Shown: one piece after another, positions 29,725 through 38,362 of the stretch
Layout: each line of letters opens with the position of its first letter
Position numbering within the stretch: the stretch's first letter is position 1
DNA from: a virus
IMG/VR virus record: IMGVR_UViG_3300049489_001303
Span: 32,001-96,000 of that record
Direction: 5' to 3' (one strand)
DNA length: 64,000 bases
Notes under the pieces: model-generated
The model's input: the letters and a program-made list of their open reading frames with translations, nothing else
What the model was told of the DNA's origin: nothing
Database searches by the model: none
Made by a program: the position numbers and the translations under genes

Positions 29725-30309
29725 TTAATATCTCACCGGGCCCGGTTCCCCACCATGCTGTTCCGGGTAAATAGTGTTACCGGCACCAGTAAGATGCCCG
29801 ACACCTGTACCAATAGCGCCACCGATCTGGCCCCCGGCCATCCCACCACCGATAGCACCCAGAAGACCCAGCGGCCCGAAGGCAGCCAAGCTGAGAGCAC
29901 TGCCACCGAGGCTCTCTCCCAGGCGCTTGGCTTTATCACCCTCGGCATCCCCGGCAATGCTGCCCGCTTCATAGGCCGGAAGGCCGTAGAAGAGCGCCTT
30001 GTTAAGGAGCCCGGGTGCTTTGAGTCCTTCACGAATCAGTCCACCTTCGCTGAGGGCTTTGCCACCTTTCAGTTCGTCATAGAACTGGCGAGGTTTACCG
30101 ATCATAAAATTCTTAACGCTGCTGCCAACATCTTTGAGTTTTACGTTTCGACCTTTTTGTATCAGGCCGCTTATGGCATCGCCTATGGCGTTGAGGCCTT
30201 TACCCATGACTGCGCTACCGCCGGGAACACGCAAGGCCACCTTCTCGATACCGTAGCGGTCATATGCTGAATCTTGCCCCAGTTTGTAGAACATCTCAGT
30301 AACGGCCAT
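29725..30309 (-). CDS. Putative ejection protein with glycine zipper
   Basis: Start revised to 30309 (MAVTEMFYKLG..EKVA); C-terminal LGAIGGGMAGGQIGGAIGTGVG. Confidence 0.65.
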   Translation of the reverse strand: MAVTEMFYKLGQDSAYDRYGIEKVALRVPGGSAVMGKGLNAIGDAISGLIQKGRNVKLKDVGSSVKNFMIGKPRQFYDELKGGKALSEGGLIREGLKAPGLLNKALFYGLPAYEAGSIAGDAEGDKAKRLGESLGGSALSLAAFGPLGLLGAIGGGMAGGQIGGAIGTGVGHLTGAGNTIYPEQHGGEPGPVRY

Positions 30310-32098
30310 CTTCACCCTCTCCAAATTCAACACCGTAAGTATACGCCGGGACTGGATGTGTACCATGGATATTTGATTCTTCACCATATGCAGCGGCTTG
30401 CATAATGGATCTCTTGAGACCCTGGTGAGCCATTCGGGCAATCCAATCGGAATGTTTCTTGGGGGCGCTGGTGGCTGACATCATCACAAACTCAACCCCC
30501 GGAGCCCTCGGTGATACTATCACCTGATCTATACCTTTTTCGATCAGCTTGCGAGACACCTCGTGGGTTATATGCGTTCCAGCCGTGTAGCCTGGATATG
30601 CAATACCCAAGGTTTCTCCAATAGCTGCCTTGGTGGGCAACTGCTTGGTGTCCTCTCTGAGCACCTTCCTGAGAGCATTGTATGATACAGTGTCCCCCTT
30701 CAGAAAGTGGGGGGAGTTATCATCAGTGATCAACGCATGGCTCATTACACTCTTGGCCAGCAGCTCGAAGTGGCGGGGATCCATATTCATCCCCTGGCCC
30801 TTGTACAAATTATGCAGGGAGCTGACCATGTACCGTCTACCCTCATCCAGACCCTTCAATCGAGTGATGTCGGTGGGGCGAATGATACCTTCGCTGAGGC
30901 GGTCGCCCTTAGACACCTGAGCATCCTTCTTTACAAGGATGTCCAGCCCGGGTTCGATGTAGTGCCGTGTTTTTTCTACCGTAACAAAGTGGCCACCCTG
31001 CGGCGCCACCTCTACCTTCGTAACTTTGCCCTCAACTTCAGACAGGATAGCCCGGTTCTCAAAGTTCTCCGGCGTTTCGATAATCGCTCGGAAGCCTTTG
31101 ATCCCCTGAACCTGCTGTTTGTCAGACTTGGCCGTGTGACCGCCATGCTTGGCACTCAAAGCAAACTGTGTCAGTGGCTCCGCCATAGCCTGAGCCGAAC
31201 GGATACCCACATTGATACCTTTATGGTGTAAATTCCCCCGCTCGTCCAACCCCTGACAGTGCTTACAAACGCCGTCGGGCGCTTCACAGGTCATAGGAGA
31301 GCGCACCAGGATCCTGGCGCTCAGCTTGGCTATGGCCGGCTGATTGTTGGGGGTTATTAATGTATTATGTTTAAAGGAGTGAACTCCCCGGGCAAGGTAC
31401 CTGTCGATAACGTCCGGGGAAGAAGCATCCATCTCCAGGCCGTTGGTGGTTCCACAGTCATCCTCGGTGATAACCTGGTCGGACATATTGACAACCAGCT
31501 TCTTTGCCAGCTCGCCCGGCTCAGAAACAGAAGTCATACTGGCAATCTGGTCTTTCATGGATTGCCCGGTGGTCGCCCAATAATCAGCGGGTTTGAGGCC
31601 CTCCGAGTAAGTCTTCTCTACCAGCCATGGGATGGGATTGCCGTCAAAATCTCGTACGTAACCAACCCCACCGACGAGGTTGTTATAACCGACCATGTTT
31701 CCGCGGGCACCACTCTTGACCTGCAGGGTCAGCGACCCGGGATGCTTATCTGTGAGGTCCATCAGCGCCGTATGTGCCCCGATAGCGGCGTCCTTCCGCT
31801 TCTCATCTGTGTTGGCCGCCTTGAATTTTGCAATGTGCGGGGCCATCATCTTCTTACGCTTGGCATAGTCTGGAGTGATATCGTCCAGCCCTATGGTGAG
31901 ACCCTCAAGAGTAGCTATGCGATCACCCTCGTGCTTAATCTTTTCAATAGATTCAGCATAGGCTTCGGGATTCTGGTGAGCGTATGTCATCATGCTCTTC
32001 TTGAAAGCTGACTTTGTTACAGGCCCCCTGAGCTTGTGCTCTTCAGGCAGGTGCTGATTGATCAGATAGCGTCCGTAGGTTTCAGACTTTTCAGCCAT
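30296..32098 (-). CDS. rpoC: DNA-directed RNA polymerase, beta' C-terminal subunit
   Basis: SGARG, bridge helix, EDDCGT, VRSPMTC..C..C, G..SAQAMAEPLTQ..H trigger loop, RHFELL; likely start ATG 32098. Confidence 0.9.
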   Translation of the reverse strand: MAEKSETYGRYLINQHLPEEHKLRGPVTKSAFKKSMMTYAHQNPEAYAESIEKIKHEGDRIATLEGLTIGLDDITPDYAKRKKMMAPHIAKFKAANTDEKRKDAAIGAHTALMDLTDKHPGSLTLQVKSGARGNMVGYNNLVGGVGYVRDFDGNPIPWLVEKTYSEGLKPADYWATTGQSMKDQIASMTSVSEPGELAKKLVVNMSDQVITEDDCGTTNGLEMDASSPDVIDRYLARGVHSFKHNTLITPNNQPAIAKLSARILVRSPMTCEAPDGVCKHCQGLDERGNLHHKGINVGIRSAQAMAEPLTQFALSAKHGGHTAKSDKQQVQGIKGFRAIIETPENFENRAILSEVEGKVTKVEVAPQGGHFVTVEKTRHYIEPGLDILVKKDAQVSKGDRLSEGIIRPTDITRLKGLDEGRRYMVSSLHNLYKGQGMNMDPRHFELLAKSVMSHALITDDNSPHFLKGDTVSYNALRKVLREDTKQLPTKAAIGETLGIAYPGYTAGTHITHEVSRKLIEKGIDQVIVSPRAPGVEFVMMSATSAPKKHSDWIARMAHQGLKRSIMQAAAYGEESNIHGTHPVPAYTYGVEFGEGEDGRY

Positions 32099-33515
32099 TG
32101 CTGCGCCCTCGGAAGGTATCGTAGTGGAGACCCTGACCCATAGCACTTACCGCGGTAGACCAGCTGACCGGAGAATTCAGACGCTGCTCAGACGCTGTTT
32201 GACCTTCAGTGCTATTATCGCTGTCTCTACGCGGACCCGGCGCTACCATCTTCTGCATGGCACCTACCAGATCTTGCACAGCTTCGGTATCCCGGGAAGG
32301 TTCATTCTCAGCAGAGACTCCGGCGATGTCCAGACCCATTTTTTGAAACGCAGCTTCGTACCCAAGCTGATAAGCTGATTTTTCCATTGAGGTGCCTCTC
32401 TGCAATAACCACTTGTCCCCGTGAGTTCTGAATATAGTATAGCTCTCATTGGAGGATTCGCGCTTGAATTTTACAGTGTCATCCGTGACCTTCTCTACCA
32501 GGATAGGCTCTTTAACAACGATCTGTACAGTGCCTTTACCGTATCCCTTACCTATCTGCTGCGGCCCCGCGGCCCCGAAATTCATAGCATAGTGTGATGT
32601 ATGTGTCGGAGTCCTGACTGCCAGAAGTTTCTCCCCCGCGGCAGGCAACTTCGCTTTAGGGATAGCCCAGGAGTGCGCATAGGAGGTTCCCGGGTCTACC
32701 AGGCGAAGGTCCCAGTGTAGTCCAGCCTTGTCGGCGTGATGTTCCTGGATAACCAGCGTCCATGTCTGCCCTGTACCTTTGGCCGGAAGCGCGTACATCC
32801 TTCTGGACCGCGGTACCCCCGGAGCGAACTCTTTCTCTTTCAGGATCCTTGCTACGTCGGCGTGATGGGGCTCGAAGTTGCGGAGTTCCCGTTCAGTCAG
32901 TGGCACAGCTACCCGGCCAGTCTCGCTGTTGAGGGAATATTCAGCCCTCAGCGCCCCCATGTTGTGGAACGTGGAGGTGTCGAGCCGTATCTGGTTCGGC
33001 TTTGGGGGCTTCAACACCAGCGGCCCCTTGGCCAGCGGCTTCAAGGTGGCTTCCACAATAGCCCGGACTTTGTCTGTGGGCATCTTCCTGTGCAGATCCC
33101 CGCGCACATGAAACCCGCGCCCACCCGAGTACGTTATCCGGGTGTCTGAAATCTCAGGAACAGTCCCCAGCGCCTGGGCCACCTGCTGAGTCACGCGTTT
33201 CGTCTCATCAAAAGAAACGTCCTTGCCCGGATCTATATCCACCCAGGCTGTCCGTGTGTTCCTCCCTATTGATGGATGGAACTCAGAGTAACGCCGATCG
33301 GTGTACCAAGCCAAATCCTGGGGGTTACTGGTATCACCCTTGGCATCCAGAATCTTGATAGGCTTCCCATCGGCGGCGTTGCGGCGCATGATGAGATTAT
33401 TGTCCCCACGATCCATCACTGCCAGCAGGGGCCTGTTCTGAACCTGTGACAGAATGGCTTCACGTACATGTGGGTCTGAGTAGTACTCAGCGATATCGTG
33501 TTTGGACAACGCCAT
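32091..33515 (-). CDS. LigD-like primase-polymerase (AEP) fused to a LigD 3'-phosphoesterase domain, no ligase domain
   Basis: AEP motifs WVDIDP, YSGGRGFHV, RLD, R.EYSL; PE motifs IQEH, HWDLRL, SWAIPK, LAVRT..H...Y, YG.G.V. Confidence 0.85.
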   Translation of the reverse strand: MALSKHDIAEYYSDPHVREAILSQVQNRPLLAVMDRGDNNLIMRRNAADGKPIKILDAKGDTSNPQDLAWYTDRRYSEFHPSIGRNTRTAWVDIDPGKDVSFDETKRVTQQVAQALGTVPEISDTRITYSGGRGFHVRGDLHRKMPTDKVRAIVEATLKPLAKGPLVLKPPKPNQIRLDTSTFHNMGALRAEYSLNSETGRVAVPLTERELRNFEPHHADVARILKEKEFAPGVPRSRRMYALPAKGTGQTWTLVIQEHHADKAGLHWDLRLVDPGTSYAHSWAIPKAKLPAAGEKLLAVRTPTHTSHYAMNFGAAGPQQIGKGYGKGTVQIVVKEPILVEKVTDDTVKFKRESSNESYTIFRTHGDKWLLQRGTSMEKSAYQLGYEAAFQKMGLDIAGVSAENEPSRDTEAVQDLVGAMQKMVAPGPRRDSDNSTEGQTASEQRLNSPVSWSTAVSAMGQGLHYDTFRGRSNG

Positions 33516-36500
33516 CAGTCTTCACCGGTGATACGCACATGAGTTCCCATGTCTATCTTACCTTCACGGTAGGCCTTAGCAGCTTCCCCCTTGTTCTTGA
33601 AAGTCTTTACGGGGCCATGTTTATCCTCGTTAGAGGCATGAGCTATTCCCATGATAGCTTCGTGGCCGGGGAAGGCATATAAGTCGGACTTGTTCTTGTC
33701 CCCATAGAGCAGCTTGCCCATGGTGAGGCCTTTGACCTCTTCCACAGCTTTGGCGCCGACGGGGACGTGAATCATCATTGTATCACCGTCGTAATCAGAA
33801 TTGGTACCCGATTCAACGAAAGGACTGATACGTATGGTTTTCCCGGGTGCAATCTTCGGGTATGCTCCCACCAAGCTGTAGCGGTGGAGCGTAGGGGCAC
33901 GATTCATCAACACCGGCCGCTCAGCCATCTCCTTCAAAAGGATCTGCTTAGCGGCGTGATGATGGGACTTGACCATTTCTTTGGCTTCAAGCGCGGGATA
34001 GCCATTGGCTACAAGACCCTTCACTATGAAATTGGCATACATCTCCCAGAGCATCGATTCAGGCAGACCGATCTCGTTCATACTCAAGGTGTTGTCCGGG
34101 ACGATTGTACCGCGGCCGGCGAGGTCCTGTCTCCGCTTCATAATCTTGGAGTTGAAGAAGCCTTCCTTGGGAGTATTCTCACCTGAGATGTACGTCAGGA
34201 AGCCCTTGTGTTCTCGAGCTTTGGATTTGGATGATATGGGATCATCCGTGCCGTATACAGCCCCAACAGCTTGCTGCAGTGCTGGGCGGAGTTTCTTCTC
34301 CTCGGAGGGCAGGAGGCCAGACTTCTTGAGTTCTTTGAACTGCTTATTCGTGTAGATCAGATCTCTGTACAACGGGTTGATATCCCCGTACATGATCTCT
34401 TGATTACCGCGACCTGGAATAACGGGGCGCATGACCGGAGGCACAACAGGCACTACGCTTATCGTGTAGGCCTTATCCGGAGACAACTTCATCTTCTGCA
34501 AAGCGTGAATGTACTTCAGCTGCTTGACCTCATCGTCCAGAGAGGTGGCCGACTTGGTCTTCATACTGGCCCGGATCTCTTTTTCCTTCTTAACCAGGTC
34601 AAGCTTGCGAAGCTGGTCCTGAATGTGGCGGCCACCCTTTTCTTTGAGAACGTCATCCAGTTCGGTGCCGGTCATCCCGAGCAACCGACGGACGGGCTCC
34701 TTGAAAATAGGGTTCACCACTGGCTCCACCAGCTTGATATGCCCCCAATTGGTCCCTGAGAGTCCGCCCGTAACAGCGGGGTCGAACAGACCACCGGTCT
34801 CGGGGGCGAAGTTCTTGGCTTTAATCAGGGTAGGTTCTTTGATCTCCCCCATCGACATCTCCATGACATCGGCATCGGTGAGAGGTGATGCGCTGAGCAC
34901 GCTCTTATCCCGGGTGACTTTGACTCCAGCACCAGTCAGCATATGCATGAGCTTATCATAAGCGAAAGGCGCCTTAACCGGCGGCGTCGGGTAGCCCAAC
35001 TGAACCGCTCTCCAGTACTCATCGTTCTTCTGGCTTTTAAGTGTCGCAGCTTCCTGCAGAACGTTACGTGCATTGTGGGCTACCAGAGCATCAAACTCCA
35101 TCTTACCATAGGCCTTCGAGCTCTCGGAACCACCCTTGATGGGCTGCTGATTTACGTCGTAACCACCTTCAGTACCGCGGCCACTGAAATTGGACTCAGT
35201 GGTCTTCATGAGCTTAAGGATGTACTGCCTACCCACAAACACTTTGGGGATAGTCTTCCCCGAGCGCGGGTCAAACATATCCTCTTTGTCTTTGATATCG
35301 TGCTTTTTGAGAAGATCCTTGGCCCACTGCACATTGTCACGGCCCGTCAGGTTCTCCACTACGATGGGCTTGCCAGTCTTCTCGACGACCTTGCCCACTG
35401 CGTTCTCTATAATCTGGGAAGGGTTGGCGCGGCTGACAACGCCGGCGGACGTCAAGATGACATCCACGGTGTTACCCGCCTCATCCTTGAGCATCTGGTC
35501 ATCCGGAACTATCTCGGAAACAACCCCTTTACCACCATACCTGTTGGCTAATTTATCCCCGACTGATACAGGTTCCCTGGTTTTAATCGTAATGGCGACA
35601 CGCTTAGGGGTCTTCACCACGTCGATAACTTCGCCCTCGTGCTCATGATCCCAGAGCTGCATCTGCTCACGGTAAGGCTTCACCAGTGATTTATGGAGCC
35701 GCCCCAGCATCAGGTCGTCGGAAGTCAGGGTGGCTTTACGCAGACCGGCTACCAGCGGGTCGCCCGGCTTAACGATGGTTCCCGGTTTGATAAGACCATC
35801 GTCTGTAAGCTTGCTATACTGATCAGCCGTGTACTTGTGTCCGTAGTAGGACCGGTGATGTGCGGCGTGCAAAGACAGGTCGGCGTCCCGGGGAATCACG
35901 ATCTTGTACATGCGCTCAGAGGTCAGCTTCTTGGCGGCACCCTCACTGACAACGATAGCGTCATTGGAGTTGGCACCGTAGTAGGGCATGTAGGCTACAG
36001 ACAAATTCTTACCCAGAGCCATCCGCTGATCTTTGGTGAAGTTTGACTCTGTGAGCTGCGTCTTCGGGGTGACATCGTCACCCACCTGGACGCGGGGGGT
36101 CTGAGTTAAGTGGGTCTTGGACGCCAAGGGGAAGTGCGTCATGTAAGGCACCTTCACAACGTCATCGTCCTTCTTGGCTGTCTTTTCATGCGCTTTATGC
36201 GCCCCGGCTTTGTGCGGCTTGATGTGAATATGGCTGCCGTCAATGTGCACCACTTTACCGTGTATGGGGGAGCGAGCATTCGTGTGCCAGGCCAGCTCCT
36301 CTTCCATCGGTCGGCCATTGGGGCCCATAACCTGCACATACGGAGCCTCTCTGTCCACCAGCCCCAGAGCCTGGGTCTGCATCTTGGAGCCCATCACCGA
36401 TCGGTTCCCCTGCAGAGACTCGATGAAGGGTATCAGGTTAGTGGTCGGGCCGTAGGTGTATGACGTGTGCGGCATCTGATACTTAACCTTCGAGGCATGC

Positions 36501-37900
36501 ACATGGCGAATCTGGCCATCCTGCAGGGCATCAACCATGCCCTTCAGCTCCTGATTGGGGAACGCCACAATCTCATCCTGCATGGCGCCGGCACGGACAG
36601 CCCCCAGCTTACCCGTCTTCACGTCGATAACCGGGACGTAGATATTGTTGTCCTTGTCCTTGGAAACACCCAGAGCCGCACGGAGGTCAACACCAGCACG
36701 GAAGGTGTCTGGGGTTCGGAAAGGGTCCAGTGCGCCGATGTGGGTGGGGTGCTTCTGCCGGGCTTCCATGGGGATAGCCCGATCGGTACCGATGCCACCC
36801 TCTCCCATAGCAGTCACGCGCACCGCGGAGTCCCAGAGGTCCATGGGATTCGTCTGTGTTGGGACAGTCACCAGCTGTGAGCTGTTGATAAAGCGGAGGA
36901 TGCCCCCGGTGAAAGGCCCCGCCGGCAGAGCCTTGCGGAGCTCGGGAGCTGTTTCCATTTTGAGAATAGCTTTACGCCCGACATCACGAGCATCCAGCTT
37001 GATACGCTCTTTGAAAAAGTCATCCGGCCCGTAAATGCCCTTGAAGTCCAGGTTGTCGCGGTCATCGGGATCTGCCGAGTTACGGTAGATGTCGATCAGT
37101 TTCTTGGAAGAGTCGAGAAGAGCTTCCGGAGTAACCGACTTATGTTCCTTGCCCAGAGTTTTAGAGTTAACGTGCGGATCCATACCTTGCGTCGCATAAC
37201 GTGCAAAAATCTCCTTAGCCATAGCCTCGGTATCAGTAGACTCCCGGTGGTATTCCGGAACCATCTTCTTGTACAGAGCGGCGACAGCCTTGTCCTGTTT
37301 ATGTCCTGTTTCTTTCTCATTCTGGGCGGCCAATCGGTCTCCCCAGGCACGCGAAATGTCCTGTTGAGAAACCCCACCAGCGCGGAGGATCGGATACAAC
37401 GGAATCTTGGCCGAGGCATACTCGAGCTGAGGTGTACCCTTGACCGGATCCATCACGATATTGAAGTTGGAACCTGTGCGAGTGTTGAAGTTGGACTCCA
37501 GAACACCATTGGCCCGCTTGCGGGTATACACCCCGGCCTTGGGGCGCACCTGGTTGGAGATGGAATATTCGTTACCCCCCACGATGATGGTGTGGCGATC
37601 AGTAAACCACGGGATCCGGGCCAGAGTGAAGTTGGGCACCTTGTCCACAACCTTACCTTCAGCGTCCTTCATGATCAGCGTTCCGCGGACGTTCTCATAG
37701 AGGGTGTCCCCCTGGAGGATAGCTGCCTTCTGCTCCTCGGGGCTGTAGTCCTTCTCCTGATAGTGCAGGTCCTGAACCTCAAGGGACTTCGAGCGGGACT
37801 TGATAGGAAAGGACTCCTCCAACCCCTCAACAACCTTCTTACGAATCTGCTCCCGGCGTTTCTCCGGATGGTCAATTATCCTTGTCAGTTCTTCGGTCAT
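33515..37900 (-). CDS. DNA-directed RNA polymerase, beta subunit fused to the beta' N-terminal half
   Basis: beta motifs: GNEY, MGSKMQTQA, GDKLANRYGGKGVV, GKME. beta' motifs: GHIKL, NRAPTLHR, catalytic NSDYDGD. GGAGG SD. Confidence 0.93.
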   Translation of the reverse strand: MTEELTRIIDHPEKRREQIRKKVVEGLEESFPIKSRSKSLEVQDLHYQEKDYSPEEQKAAILQGDTLYENVRGTLIMKDAEGKVVDKVPNFTLARIPWFTDRHTIIVGGNEYSISNQVRPKAGVYTRKRANGVLESNFNTRTGSNFNIVMDPVKGTPQLEYASAKIPLYPILRAGGVSQQDISRAWGDRLAAQNEKETGHKQDKAVAALYKKMVPEYHRESTDTEAMAKEIFARYATQGMDPHVNSKTLGKEHKSVTPEALLDSSKKLIDIYRNSADPDDRDNLDFKGIYGPDDFFKERIKLDARDVGRKAILKMETAPELRKALPAGPFTGGILRFINSSQLVTVPTQTNPMDLWDSAVRVTAMGEGGIGTDRAIPMEARQKHPTHIGALDPFRTPDTFRAGVDLRAALGVSKDKDNNIYVPVIDVKTGKLGAVRAGAMQDEIVAFPNQELKGMVDALQDGQIRHVHASKVKYQMPHTSYTYGPTTNLIPFIESLQGNRSVMGSKMQTQALGLVDREAPYVQVMGPNGRPMEEELAWHTNARSPIHGKVVHIDGSHIHIKPHKAGAHKAHEKTAKKDDDVVKVPYMTHFPLASKTHLTQTPRVQVGDDVTPKTQLTESNFTKDQRMALGKNLSVAYMPYYGANSNDAIVVSEGAAKKLTSERMYKIVIPRDADLSLHAAHHRSYYGHKYTADQYSKLTDDGLIKPGTIVKPGDPLVAGLRKATLTSDDLMLGRLHKSLVKPYREQMQLWDHEHEGEVIDVVKTPKRVAITIKTREPVSVGDKLANRYGGKGVVSEIVPDDQMLKDEAGNTVDVILTSAGVVSRANPSQIIENAVGKVVEKTGKPIVVENLTGRDNVQWAKDLLKKHDIKDKEDMFDPRSGKTIPKVFVGRQYILKLMKTTESNFSGRGTEGGYDVNQQPIKGGSESSKAYGKMEFDALVAHNARNVLQEAATLKSQKNDEYWRAVQLGYPTPPVKAPFAYDKLMHMLTGAGVKVTRDKSVLSASPLTDADVMEMSMGEIKEPTLIKAKNFAPETGGLFDPAVTGGLSGTNWGHIKLVEPVVNPIFKEPVRRLLGMTGTELDDVLKEKGGRHIQDQLRKLDLVKKEKEIRASMKTKSATSLDDEVKQLKYIHALQKMKLSPDKAYTISVVPVVPPVMRPVIPGRGNQEIMYGDINPLYRDLIYTNKQFKELKKSGLLPSEEKKLRPALQQAVGAVYGTDDPISSKSKAREHKGFLTYISGENTPKEGFFNSKIMKRRQDLAGRGTIVPDNTLSMNEIGLPESMLWEMYANFIVKGLVANGYPALEAKEMVKSHHHAAKQILLKEMAERPVLMNRAPTLHRYSLVGAYPKIAPGKTIRISPFVESGTNSDYDGDTMMIHVPVGAKAVEEVKGLTMGKLLYGDKNKSDLYAFPGHEAIMGIAHASNEDKHGPVKTFKNKGEAAKAYREGKIDMGTHVRITGED

Positions 37901-37921
37901 GCATTCCTCCGCGGCACACTA

Positions 37922-37950
37922 AGTATAGAGCCTGGGGCCGTAGATGTAAA
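37922..37950 (-). promoter_or_regulatory. sigma70-like promoter of the RNAP operon
   Basis: TTTACA-N17-TATACT. Confidence 0.65.
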
Positions 37951-38036
37951 ACTAAAACAAGAGGCGGGATTTGGTATAAGATAGTAGACAGCACCCACAG
38001 GATAATCTTGTGGCGGCAACCCTACGGAGGTGTACC

Positions 38037-38201
38037 ATGTGTACACTGATGCTTCTCGCCGCTTTGGCGGCACCCGTTCCCGCACAGTCCCCTGCGCTCG
38101 AAACCCCCTCCGCCCAGGTGGAAACAGCGAAGATGAAACTTCGCAGCAACCCCATGTTCTGGCCCGCCTGGATGTTTCGGCCCTACACCCTTGAGGTGTG
38201 A
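38037..38201 (+). CDS. Small protein with signal-peptide-like N-terminus (54 aa)
   Basis: GGAGG SD; MCTLMLLAALAAPVPAQ.... Confidence 0.5.
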   Translation: MCTLMLLAALAAPVPAQSPALETPSAQVETAKMKLRSNPMFWPAWMFRPYTLEV

Positions 38202-38329
38202 AGCCGCTCGCCTCCTGGATGTAAAACAGCCGGTCACCTGTGTGATAGGCTGTTAACACCCAGGAGGTACTTACATGAAATTTGAGCCTCTGACACCTGC
38301 TATCCCGCCCATCAAACGGTGATAGCTTT

Positions 38330-38360
38330 GAAAGCCTGGAGCAATCCGGGCTTTCTTTTT
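38330..38360 (+). terminator. Intrinsic terminator
   Basis: GAAAGCCTGGA-GCAA-TCCGGGCTTTC-TTTTT. Confidence 0.8.
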
Positions 38361-38362
38361 GC

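Noticed and set aside
32091-33515. AEP-PE gene as an intron- or intein-borne insertion splitting rpoC
   Set aside because: No homing endonuclease, splice or intein motifs were seen. The flanking genes have their own stop and start codons with tight overlaps.
30296-37900. Host rpoBC locus or bacterial chromosome
   Set aside because: The genes are highly divergent, flanked by capsid and portal genes, and there are no ribosomal protein genes.
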